A DNA stretch of 64,000 nt from an uncultured bacterium (GTDB lineage: Bacteria > Desulfobacterota > Syntrophorhabdia > Syntrophorhabdales > JANXAF01): NCBI GenBank assembly GCA_938084905.1, contig CALKEQ010000002.1, positions 139,515 through 203,514 on the forward strand, read 5' to 3'. The notes beneath the pieces were generated by a model that was not told the origin of the DNA, ran no database searches, and saw only the letters and a program-made list of their open reading frames with translations. Below, piece after piece: positions 27,780-36,064 of this stretch. Both the position numbers and the translations under genes were made by a program. Position 1 is the first letter of the stretch; each line of letters opens with the position of its first letter.

Positions 27780-28979
27780 TTGTACAACCTCCAGTGGAAA
27801 ATCTGTAACTCTCTCTAAGCCCCATTTTCTCACGATATAGTCAACCTCAAGGCCTGATGCGCCAACTCCGGGAATCACAAATTTTGGCTCAAATGCGAAA
27901 ACCATACCCTCTTTCAATTCTCCTCTGTGCCTTCCAGTTATAACTGGCAACTCATTTATCTCCAGGCCAAACCCGTGTCCTACGAAGCTGACCTTCGCCT
28001 GGCCGTATCCCATAAAATAATCCTCAAGGCCTGCCTCTTTAGCAAGGGTAAGTGCCCTTTCAAAGATCTCAATAGCGGCAGTTCCTTCTTTTGCGAAGGA
28101 ATACACTTCATTTACGATCTGGTAGGAGCAGTCGAAGGCTTTTTTCAAAATCTCTCTTTCCCACTCACCTATGATGAATAACCTGGTCTCGTCAGTGACG
28201 TATCCGTTATATCCGCCACCGTAATCGATGAGTGTCGGTACACCCCTTTTTATCCTGTTTAGTGATGGGCCTTGAGCAATAGCATGGGTCGTCCCATAGC
28301 CAGATATGGGAACATCTCCAAAGGAGGGGATGGTAGCGGAAATTCCGTGTAGAACGTATATGTTCATCATCTCTTGATTGAGGCCCCTCATCCTTATGAA
28401 ACCCTGGTGACCATTCATCCTTCCAATACATTCAAGTTTTGCCGCAATATCAACCTCCCTTTCTCCCTCTTTTAGTATTTTCCTTGCCTCACTGAAGACC
28501 AAGGAAGCGATCTGCCCAGATTTCTTTATCTGGGAGATCTCAAACTCACTCTTTATAGCCCTTATCTCCCTTAAGACCTTCGATATATCCTCAATCTCGC
28601 ACCCATCTAGCATTCTCCTCCAGCGATCATAGAGGGAAAAAGGTACAATGTCCAGTTCCATTCCGCACTTTCCATTCCGAACGAGATATTTCCGAACGTA
28701 GGTTCTCAGTTCCCTTTCACCTTTGAATGTAATCTGGGCAAGAGGCGATTCCATCCTTGCCCTATCGGCGTTTTTCTCAACCAGCAAAACAGCCTCATCC
28801 TCAAGTGGTATAAGAAGAACAGATTTCTGTACCGTGCCTGCAAGATAAAAGATGTGGACGTTATGTAGGATTACTGAAAGGTAAATCCCCCTTTTCTCCA
28901 TCTGCTCCTTCAGTTTCTCTATCCTTCTTCTTATCTCCTCCTCGGGCGTAAATTCACACTGACTTATGCTCTCTAACAT
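27774..28979 (-). CDS. M24-family Xaa-Pro aminopeptidase / creatinase-like peptidase
   Basis: Creatinase-like N-domain plus pita-bread fold metal ligands (DYGGGYNGYVTDETR, HGFGLEINE, FAFEP). Confidence 0.8.
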   Translation of the reverse strand: MLESISQCEFTPEEEIRRRIEKLKEQMEKRGIYLSVILHNVHIFYLAGTVQKSVLLIPLEDEAVLLVEKNADRARMESPLAQITFKGERELRTYVRKYLVRNGKCGMELDIVPFSLYDRWRRMLDGCEIEDISKVLREIRAIKSEFEISQIKKSGQIASLVFSEARKILKEGEREVDIAAKLECIGRMNGHQGFIRMRGLNQEMMNIYVLHGISATIPSFGDVPISGYGTTHAIAQGPSLNRIKRGVPTLIDYGGGYNGYVTDETRLFIIGEWEREILKKAFDCSYQIVNEVYSFAKEGTAAIEIFERALTLAKEAGLEDYFMGYGQAKVSFVGHGFGLEINELPVITGRHRGELKEGMVFAFEPKFVIPGVGASGLEVDYIVRKWGLERVTDFPLEVVQL

Positions 28980-30663
28980 ATTCGTTCACCCTCCTTACAA
29001 CCTCCTCCTTTTTTATTCTTACATTCTCCCTAGATGTCCGAAATTTGATCTCCACATAACCTTCCCTTACGTTCTTTTCACCAACCGTGATCCTCAAAGG
29101 GACACCTATAAGGTCGCAGTCCTTAAATTTCACACCTGGCCTTTCGTCCCTGTCATCAATTACAACGTCTGTACCACCTTTCAAAAGTTCATGGTATATT
29201 GCCTCTGCCGTCTCCATCGATAATGAATCCGATACATTTACGGGTAGAACCATAACTTCAAAAGGAGCGATAGGCAGAGGAAGGATCATTCCGTTCTCGT
29301 CGTGATTCTGTTCTATAGCTCCTGCGAGAACCCTACTTACCCCTATCCCATAGCAGCCCATGACTATGAACTTCTCCTTTCCGTCCCTGTCTAAGAATTT
29401 TGCGTTCATCGCCTCGCTATACTTTGTTCCAAGCTTGAATATGTGGCCAACCTCTATACCCCTCATTGAGGAGAGATAGCCATTGCACCTTGGACATAAG
29501 TCACCATTCTTAGCGTAAACAAGGTCATAAAAACCCTCGATGGACAAATCCGCAATGTTAACCCCAATAATATGGGTATCCCTTTCATTTCCTCCTACAA
29601 CAAAGTCCTCCATACTACCTATCTCCTGGTCTGCATATAGTGGGATGCTAAGTCCAATGGGACCTGAGAAACCTACTGGTGCGCCTGTCACCCTTTCTAT
29701 CTCTTCTGGACCTAAAAGCAAAACGTATTCAAGATCTAAGACGTTTTTAAGCTTGGTCTCGTTCACCTCTCTATCCCCTCTAATCAGAACACCAAAGATA
29801 CCCTTATCTGAAGTGTAAAGGACCGTCTTCACGATTTTTTCCACAGGTACTTTCAGAAATTCCGCAACCTCATCAACCCTTCTCTTTTGAGGAGTAAATA
29901 CCTTTTTGTAGACTCCCCTTCTTTCTTTGTCCAAAATTTTTTTCCTTCCAATTTCTGCCTTCTCATAACTTGCGCTGTATCCGCAACCCTCACAGAAAAA
30001 GATCAGATCCTCACCAGTCTCCGCTAGAACCATGAATTCGTGGGAAAAGCTTCCGCCTATCTGGCCAGTTTCAGCCTCAACAACCTTAAATTTCAAACCA
30101 CACCTTTCGAATATTTTCTCGTAGGCCTCGTACATGGCAGTGTAGCTCCCATCAGCCTCAATTTCAGTTCTATCGAAACTGTAAGCATCTTTCATGAGAA
30201 ACTCCCTTGCCCGCATAACTCCAAATCTAGGCCTTATCTCATCTCTGAATTTTGTGTGAATCTGGTAAAGGATAAGGGGCATATCCCTATAAGATCGTAT
30301 CTCTCTCCTCACCAAATCTGTTACAACCTCCTCGTGTGTAGGAGCAAGGCAAAGTTCCCTGTCGTTCCTATCCTTGAAACGGAGAAGTTCTTTCCCATAC
30401 CTCTCCCACCTTCCGCTCTCGACCCAGAGCTCTTTTGGCTGCACAATTGGCATTATTATCTCTTGGCCACCTTTTTTGTTCATCTCTTCCCTTATTATGT
30501 TTTCAATCTTCCTTAAAGACTTAAGCCCTAAGGGCAGCCAAGTGTAAATGCCTGAAGATAGCTTCATTATGAAAGAGGCCCTGAGCATCAGCTTGTGACT
30601 TACAACCTCCGCATCTTTTGGGTCCTCCCTCATGGGAAAATAAAAGACCTTAGAGAATCTCAT
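28954..30663 (-). CDS. proS: Proline--tRNA ligase (bacterial type with INS editing domain)
   Basis: 569 aa with class II motifs (FRDEIRPRFGVMRAREF, GCYGIGVSR) and an inserted editing domain. Confidence 0.95.
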   Translation of the reverse strand: MRFSKVFYFPMREDPKDAEVVSHKLMLRASFIMKLSSGIYTWLPLGLKSLRKIENIIREEMNKKGGQEIIMPIVQPKELWVESGRWERYGKELLRFKDRNDRELCLAPTHEEVVTDLVRREIRSYRDMPLILYQIHTKFRDEIRPRFGVMRAREFLMKDAYSFDRTEIEADGSYTAMYEAYEKIFERCGLKFKVVEAETGQIGGSFSHEFMVLAETGEDLIFFCEGCGYSASYEKAEIGRKKILDKERRGVYKKVFTPQKRRVDEVAEFLKVPVEKIVKTVLYTSDKGIFGVLIRGDREVNETKLKNVLDLEYVLLLGPEEIERVTGAPVGFSGPIGLSIPLYADQEIGSMEDFVVGGNERDTHIIGVNIADLSIEGFYDLVYAKNGDLCPRCNGYLSSMRGIEVGHIFKLGTKYSEAMNAKFLDRDGKEKFIVMGCYGIGVSRVLAGAIEQNHDENGMILPLPIAPFEVMVLPVNVSDSLSMETAEAIYHELLKGGTDVVIDDRDERPGVKFKDCDLIGVPLRITVGEKNVREGYVEIKFRTSRENVRIKKEEVVRRVNEYVREHKSV

Positions 30664-30715
30664 TTCCTCCTCCAGTACTTGGATGAAAAAGGTTTACAGG
30701 TAGAAAGCAGGTTCT

Positions 30716-31141
30716 TTATATTGGTATGTCATCTTCTTCGTGGGGAAATTCTTCCTCTAGCTCCTCCTGGAGGATGCCAGTACTTCTCTGAATATCCCCC
30801 TCTTGAGGGGTAGGAGTTGGCAACATTCTCAAATCTGTAGCAACGATCTCGTACGCTCTTCTTTTTACTCCATCCTTTCCCTCATATTCCCTTGACTGGA
30901 TCCTTCCCTCTACGTAAACGAGTCTACCTTTCTTAAGATATTCTCCGCATATCTCCCCTAGCTTTCTCCAGGCTATGACTTTGTGCCATTCTGTTCTTTC
31001 AATCCTGTTCCCATTTTTGTCCCTTCTGACCTCCGTTGTGGCAATGTTAAAGGTGGCAACAGGGACACCGTCAGCTGTATGTCTCAGTTCAGGATCCGCA
31101 CCGAGCCTACCAACTAAAATCACCTTGTTTACACCCGCCAT
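30716..31141 (-). CDS. ssb: Single-stranded DNA-binding protein
   Basis: OB-fold N-terminus (MAGVNKVILVGRLGADPELR), acidic C-terminal tip EEDDIPI. Confidence 0.9.
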   Translation of the reverse strand: MAGVNKVILVGRLGADPELRHTADGVPVATFNIATTEVRRDKNGNRIERTEWHKVIAWRKLGEICGEYLKKGRLVYVEGRIQSREYEGKDGVKRRAYEIVATDLRMLPTPTPQEGDIQRSTGILQEELEEEFPHEEDDIPI

Positions 31142-31214
31142 CGCTCCTCCGAAAATTGGAAAGGTTTAAATTTAGGTTATAGTAAGCAGCCTAAAAAGTC
31201 AATGGAATGATCCC

Positions 31215-31331
31215 CGTTATACATTTATATGACAAGAGAAAACTTTTGGAACACAGATGATTGCTCAAAGATATCAAAGCGTTTTCTAGTAGGCAATTTT
31301 TCTATTGACATGAGAATTTTTTCGTTATACA
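31215..31331 (+). repeat. Two copies of CGTTATACA, 108 bp apart, flanking the RHH promoter region
   Basis: Exact 9-mers at 31215-31223 and 31323-31331. The second overlaps the putative -10 element of the RHH gene. Candidate operator half-sites. Confidence 0.3.
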
Positions 31332-31333
31332 CA
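31305..31333 (+). promoter_or_regulatory. Putative promoter of the RHH gene
   Basis: TTGACA (31305-31310), with TATACA/TACACA 15-17 nt downstream. The predicted start site falls at or next to the GTG at 31341, so the mRNA may be leaderless. Confidence 0.35.
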
Positions 31334-31340
31334 ACCTTCC

Positions 31341-31517
31341 GTGGCAAAGAAAAAGCCGGAAGACGAGAAAAGATCCAAACCAGTGATTGTGCGCCTAAAC
31401 AGGGAAGAGTTTGATATCCTTGAAAAAAGAGCCTCCTCCCTGGGAATGAACATTTCCTCATTTTTGAGACTCCTCATACGTCACGGAAGGATCGATCTGG
31501 AGGAGGTCGATAAATAG
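31341..31517 (+). CDS. Ribbon-helix-helix protein, MobC/CopG-like (58 aa, below ORF-track cutoff)
   Basis: Hand-translated as (V)AKKKPEDEKRSKPVIVRLNREEFDILEKRASSLGMNISSFLRLLIRHGRIDLEEVDK*. Beta-strand/helix/helix pattern typical of RHH (xVRLxxEExxxLxxxAxxxGxxxSxFLRxLI). The start codon is uncertain (GTG at 31341, 31383 or 31389). Confidence 0.6.
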   Translation: MAKKKPEDEKRSKPVIVRLNREEFDILEKRASSLGMNISSFLRLLIRHGRIDLEEVDK

Positions 31518-31535
31518 AGAAAGGGGGTGATGTTT

Positions 31536-31592
31536 ATGGCAGAAAAGAAGAAGGCGGCAGAAAAGAAGAAGGCGGCGAAAAAGAAGAAATAA
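31536..31592 (+). CDS. Possible 18-aa Lys/Ala micro-ORF (MAEKKKAAEKKKAAKKKK)
   Basis: SD AAGGGGG lies 8 nt upstream of the ATG at 31536. The ORF is in the same frame as the RHH gene, separated by TAG plus 6 codons. Coding status unproven. Confidence 0.2.
   Translation: MAEKKKAAEKKKAAKKKK
31539..31574 (+). repeat. Perfect 18-nt tandem duplication GCAGAAAAGAAGAAGGCG x2, plus a degenerate third copy
   Basis: 31539-31556 equals 31557-31574, followed by GCGAAAAAGAAGAAATAA. Confidence 0.85.
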
Positions 31593-31593
31593 G

Positions 31594-31616
31594 GAAAGGG
31601 GGGGTTACCCCCTTTC
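31594..31616. terminator. Bidirectional stem-loop terminator (der on the minus strand, RHH unit on the plus strand)
   Basis: GAAAGGGGG-GGTTA-CCCCCTTTC 9-bp stem. The 3' flanks are U-rich on both strands. It sits 3 nt from the der stop. Confidence 0.7.
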
Positions 31617-31618
31617 AT

Positions 31619-32953
31619 TTACTTCTTTTTGAGCTTTATCCTCAAAGGGGCTCCCAAAAAGGTGTATTTTCGCCTGAGGGAGTTTTCTATGTACCTTTTG
31701 TAACTTTCAGGCAAAAGATCGGGAAAGTTGGAAAAAAATACAAAGGATGGAGGGTATGTTCCAACTTGCGTTCCGTAATATATTCTGATCTTTTTCCCCT
31801 GAGGGGAAGGGGGCTCTCTCTCAGCGAGTATTTCCGCCAAAGCCCTGTTTAATGTGGCAGTCTCAATTCTCTTTTTTAGTTCGTTTTCCACTACCATATC
31901 CATTTCCAGAATTCTGTGGAGATTCTTTCCTGTCCTGGCTGAAACAAAGACAACAGGACAGAAGCTAGCATGCGGGATTCTATCTCTTAAGATTCTCTCG
32001 TAATCTTCCTCCCTTATTTTTCCTTCAACAAGGTCCCACTTGTTAACAACAAGAACAAGACCCTTTCCGTAATTTAGAACAACATGGGCAATCGATGCTT
32101 CCTGATGGCCGGCCCCCTCATGAGCGTCGATAATCAGATTCACGATATGTGACCTTTCAACAGTTTTTATCGCAGATGCTACAGATTTTATCTCCACATT
32201 TGTCGCCACCTTACTCTTTTTTCTTATCCCAGCTGTGTCGACAATTATAAGTCTTCGCTTCGCAAAGATAATCTCAGTATCTATTGGGTCTCTTGTAGTT
32301 CCCGGAATCTCGCTTACAATAACCCTTTCGTCCCCTATTATCCCATTTACGATTGAAGACTTGCCCACATTCGGCTTTCCAATGATGGCGATCCTTATGG
32401 CTTCAGCTGTCTCTTCGTCTTGAGGAAGAGTTATGGGTCTTATGGTTTCTGTTACAGCCTCAAGAAGCACGTCAATGTTTTTTCCATGTAGCGCACTTAT
32501 GGGATATAGCTTTTCCATACCAAGCGCGTAAAAATCGGATAGGTCTTTCTTTTGGCTGTCAACCTTGTTTATTACGCAGAAAATCGGCTTATTAAACTCC
32601 CTTATAAACCTTATTCCCTCTTCGTCCTCAGGAAGGAGGCCATCTTTAGCATCTAAGAGGTATATGATTGCAGATGACTCCTTTATTGTTCTCTCAATCT
32701 GCTTTCTTATCTGTGAGTTCATTTGTTCCTTCGAATGTACCTCTAGTCCTCCTGTATCGCAGATTAAGAACTTTACTCCATTATAGTCACATTCGGAGTA
32801 ATTTCTGTCCCTTGTCACCCCTGGGGTGTCCTCGACTATAGCTTTTTTCTTTCCACATATCCTGTTAAAAAGAGTCGACTTTCCCACATTTGGCCTTCCA
32901 ATTATCGTTACTACTGGCAGTTTCGATTCTTTTCTAAAGACAGAGCACTCCAT
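31619..32953 (-). CDS. der: Ribosome-associated GTPase Der/EngA
   Basis: Tandem GTPase domains (GRPNVGKST, GKPNVGKSS, DTGG/DTAG, NKVD/NKWD) plus a KH-like C-terminus. Confidence 0.95.
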   Translation of the reverse strand: MECSVFRKESKLPVVTIIGRPNVGKSTLFNRICGKKKAIVEDTPGVTRDRNYSECDYNGVKFLICDTGGLEVHSKEQMNSQIRKQIERTIKESSAIIYLLDAKDGLLPEDEEGIRFIREFNKPIFCVINKVDSQKKDLSDFYALGMEKLYPISALHGKNIDVLLEAVTETIRPITLPQDEETAEAIRIAIIGKPNVGKSSIVNGIIGDERVIVSEIPGTTRDPIDTEIIFAKRRLIIVDTAGIRKKSKVATNVEIKSVASAIKTVERSHIVNLIIDAHEGAGHQEASIAHVVLNYGKGLVLVVNKWDLVEGKIREEDYERILRDRIPHASFCPVVFVSARTGKNLHRILEMDMVVENELKKRIETATLNRALAEILAEREPPSPQGKKIRIYYGTQVGTYPPSFVFFSNFPDLLPESYKRYIENSLRRKYTFLGAPLRIKLKKK

Positions 32954-32971
32954 TTTCTAGATAGATCGGGA

Positions 32972-33505
32972 CTAAAGAAGGATTACTGAGCTTAGATTTT
33001 TAAGAATCCTTAAAGTTGCGCCAAATACTCTCTCCCCGTTATTGAGTATAAGAGATTCCTTTCTTTCAAAGTCCTCAACAGTAATTGACTCAATTGGCAA
33101 AAAGATGAGGTAATCAACCTCCTCCCTATTGAGCCTGAATGTATAAGGATAGAGGACTGTGCCAACGTATGGGGAGATAAGGTAACCAGTTTTCGTGTAT
33201 GTGTCATCTAGCCTGCCCAATATCCTTAGGTCTTCCCTTCTTAAACCTATCTCTTCAAAGGATTCTCTTATAGCGGTCTCCTTCGGATTTAAATCGATCT
33301 TTTCACAGGAACCTCCAGGAAAGCAGATCTCACCTTTGTGATTACGTAGATTCAAGCTCCTTTTCGTCAGTATTAGATAAAGTTTTTCTTCCTTTCCATA
33401 AATTGGAACAAATACTCCCGCTCTCTTCGCCCTTCTATCTTCTATCTCTTTTGGCTTGTAGAGAGAAAGCTTTTGAACTATCCTGTCAAGAGTTATTTTT
33501 ACCAT
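32972..33505 (-). CDS. NUDIX hydrolase, CoA pyrophosphatase type
   Basis: LILTKRSLNLRNHKGEICFPGG upstream motif plus the Nudix box (ETAIRESFEEIGL). Confidence 0.8.
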   Translation of the reverse strand: MVKITLDRIVQKLSLYKPKEIEDRRAKRAGVFVPIYGKEEKLYLILTKRSLNLRNHKGEICFPGGSCEKIDLNPKETAIRESFEEIGLRREDLRILGRLDDTYTKTGYLISPYVGTVLYPYTFRLNREEVDYLIFLPIESITVEDFERKESLILNNGERVFGATLRILKNLSSVILL

Positions 33506-35915
33506 CCTTCCCCTTCTTTTCCTCCTCTTCCTCCCTTCTCTTTTCCGTAGCCTCTGTTATCTCCGTGAGCCTCTTCATAACAAGGTAATTTATGGTGCCT
33601 TCAGGGTAGTTTCCATCTTCCATTATCTCTCCAGCAGGCAACCCAGTCAGGATCTCCAATCCCTCTTCCATCTTTTCTATAGCGTAAATCGTGAATTTCC
33701 CTTCCCTTACTGCTTCAATCACATCATCCTTCAGCATAAGGTTTTTTACATTCCTTTTAGGTATTATTACACCGTGATTCCCGTTCAAGCCCCTCATCCG
33801 GCAAAGTTCAAAGAATCCTTCAATTTTTTCATTTATCCCACCTACTGGCTGCACCTCCCCATTCTGATCCATAGATCCTGTGACTGCAAAACTCTGTTTT
33901 AAAGGCAAGTTGGCTATGCTGCTCAAAAGAGCGTAAAGCTCAGCACAGGTGGCACTGTCGCCTTCCACCATCTCGTAGAGCTGTTCAAAGGTTATTGAAG
34001 CTGAAAGGGTTATTGGTTTATTTTTGGCATATTTACTTCCAAGATAACTTGAAATTATGAATATTGCCTTTTCATGTATCCTTCCGCTCATCTTCGTCTC
34101 TCTCTCTATGTTTACGATACCCGCTTTTCCCGCATAAGTCTTGGCAGTAATTCTTGAAGGTTTTCCGAAACTGTAGTCACCGAGGTCCAAAACTGCAAGC
34201 CCATTTATCTGTCCAACCTTTTCGCCATCTGTATCTACGATTAATGTTCCTTCCACCATCATTTCTCTAAGCCTTTCTTCTATCCCGTTTACTCTGTAAA
34301 TTTTTTCCTCAAGTGCTTTCTGGACATGGTGTGACCTTACAACATCAGATCCTTCTTTTTTTGCCCAGTAGCTTGCTTCCCTTATGAGGTCTGCCACTTT
34401 GCCCAATTGCGTCGATAGCTTCTCCTTGTGCTCCGCAAGCCTCGATCCATATTCTACAATTCTTGCGCAGGCTCCTCTGTCGAATGGTAACAAATTTTCA
34501 GCCTTCTGCACAAAGGATATGAAGGAGGCGTATTTCATTACATTCTCTTCTGTCCTATCCATTTTTGTGTCGAAATCAGCCTTAACTTTAAAAAGGTCCC
34601 TCCACTCTTCGTCGAAATTAAAAAGGAGGTAGTAGAGAAAAGGGCTTCCAATCACCACAACCTTAACGTTTAGGGGAATCGGTTCCGGTTTTATGGCTGA
34701 AGTACTCATAAGCCTGTACTGTTCTAAGACATCCTCCATTTTTATTTCCCTATTCTTCAAAGCCCTTTTTAAGGCGTCGTATGAAAATACGTTTTTCAAA
34801 AGATCCTCAACGTAGAGCACGAGATACCCCCCATTTGCCTTATGGAGGGCTCCTGGTCTGAGCATTGTGAAATCTGTTACTGCCATTCCGTATAGGTACT
34901 TGTACTCTATTCTTCCAAAAAGATTCAGGTAGGATGGGTTACTTTCAAAGAGAACAGGAGCGCCTTTCCTCTCTCCGTTTGTAACAAAGAGATTTACAGA
35001 GTATTTTGAGAAAGATGGTTCTTCCTTCGGTAATTTGAGAAAGGGAAAAGGGGACGGGGTTTCCTGCGGCCCTCTGAAGTCGTCAATATTTGAGAGGATG
35101 TCTTCCCTCACCTCTTCCAAGTAAGAAAGGATCTTTTCATTATCACCGTACTTTTTTTTGAGGGTTTCCAAAGCTGGTTCTAAGACCTCAAGGACGATCA
35201 TCTTTTCCAGTTTTGCTATCATCTCATTCACTAACCTTTCAGCCTGTTTTAAGGTTCTTATTACGTCGTTCAACTTTTCCTGCAGTAATCTCCCTCTCTC
35301 CTCAAGGTCCTTTTTTGTAGATTCATCCAGAGCCTCATATTCCTCCCTTGTTAAGGGCTCACCTGTCGGCTTAGAAGGTACGAGGAAAATGCCAGCAGGT
35401 GTTTTCCTTAAGGAGAAACCGTAAGATCTTGCCTCCTCATCTAGCTTTCTCAGGTATCCCTCCTGTTTTTCTTGAAATTCGCTGGTGACCCTGTTTTTCT
35501 GTACCTCATACTCCTTTGACTCGAATGCCCTGGGAATCTCAGTCTTTAAGTACTTTATAAGTTCTTCCATGTCCCTCTGGAATTCAGGCCCACGACCGGG
35601 TGGGAGCTCAATTGCCCGAGGAGAGTCAGGATTCTTGAAATTGTACACGTAGCACCAATCCGAAGGAGTTGGTTCTTTTTTTGCTATCTCATTCAGAATG
35701 CTCATAACCGAAGACATCCTTCCAGTCCCTGATTCGCCGAGAACAAATATGTTAAAGCCAGAACTTTTCATTCCGAGACCAAAATCGAGGGATCTTAGTG
35801 CTTTTTCCTGACCTATGATCCTAAAGTCACCGGCTAGTTCATCTGTCGTTTCGAAGGGAAAAACTGCCTCATCACATCTCCTATGTAAGTCATCCGGCCC
35901 GAGTTTTGTTATCAT
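33486..35915 (-). CDS. Lon-like protease with degenerate AAA-like domain (LonC type)
   Basis: 809 aa. Walker-A-like GESGTGRMS has Arg in place of Lys. Long coiled-coil insert. C-terminal Lon proteolytic domain with GDSA Ser and a downstream Lys (GGINEKIEG). Confidence 0.8.
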   Translation of the reverse strand: MITKLGPDDLHRRCDEAVFPFETTDELAGDFRIIGQEKALRSLDFGLGMKSSGFNIFVLGESGTGRMSSVMSILNEIAKKEPTPSDWCYVYNFKNPDSPRAIELPPGRGPEFQRDMEELIKYLKTEIPRAFESKEYEVQKNRVTSEFQEKQEGYLRKLDEEARSYGFSLRKTPAGIFLVPSKPTGEPLTREEYEALDESTKKDLEERGRLLQEKLNDVIRTLKQAERLVNEMIAKLEKMIVLEVLEPALETLKKKYGDNEKILSYLEEVREDILSNIDDFRGPQETPSPFPFLKLPKEEPSFSKYSVNLFVTNGERKGAPVLFESNPSYLNLFGRIEYKYLYGMAVTDFTMLRPGALHKANGGYLVLYVEDLLKNVFSYDALKRALKNREIKMEDVLEQYRLMSTSAIKPEPIPLNVKVVVIGSPFLYYLLFNFDEEWRDLFKVKADFDTKMDRTEENVMKYASFISFVQKAENLLPFDRGACARIVEYGSRLAEHKEKLSTQLGKVADLIREASYWAKKEGSDVVRSHHVQKALEEKIYRVNGIEERLREMMVEGTLIVDTDGEKVGQINGLAVLDLGDYSFGKPSRITAKTYAGKAGIVNIERETKMSGRIHEKAIFIISSYLGSKYAKNKPITLSASITFEQLYEMVEGDSATCAELYALLSSIANLPLKQSFAVTGSMDQNGEVQPVGGINEKIEGFFELCRMRGLNGNHGVIIPKRNVKNLMLKDDVIEAVREGKFTIYAIEKMEEGLEILTGLPAGEIMEDGNYPEGTINYLVMKRLTEITEATEKRREEEEEKKGKDGKNNS

Positions 35916-36064
35916 CTTTCCCCCCTGGTTCCTCCATGAGTTGATAATTCATATTTCTTTTTCTCTTTCATCGTCAACACCTTTTTTCGTTCTCCAATTC
36001 CGTTTTCCCGGCTTTTCTTGACAAAGATTCGACTCATTATTAATTTAACATAATAGAGGCAAAA

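Noticed and set aside
31225-31461. Tracked ORFs 31229..31414 (+, 61 aa) and 31225..31461 (-, 78 aa) in the ssb-der gap.
   Set aside because: Another plus-strand frame over the same DNA gives a clean ribbon-helix-helix protein. The tracked ORFs have no recognisable fold or SD, and they overlap the RHH promoter and coding region.
31515-31517. TAG between the RHH gene and the Lys/Ala tail read as pyrrolysine.
   Set aside because: No pyl genes or other in-frame TAGs are evident in the window. Simple termination, read-through or a nonsense mutation are more economical explanations.
31536-31616. Idea that the Lys-rich micro-ORF plus the following hairpin is a lysine-sensing leader-peptide attenuator.
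   Set aside because: Attenuators control a downstream gene on the same strand. Here the next gene (der) is on the opposite strand, and I could not draw any alternative anti-terminator pairing.
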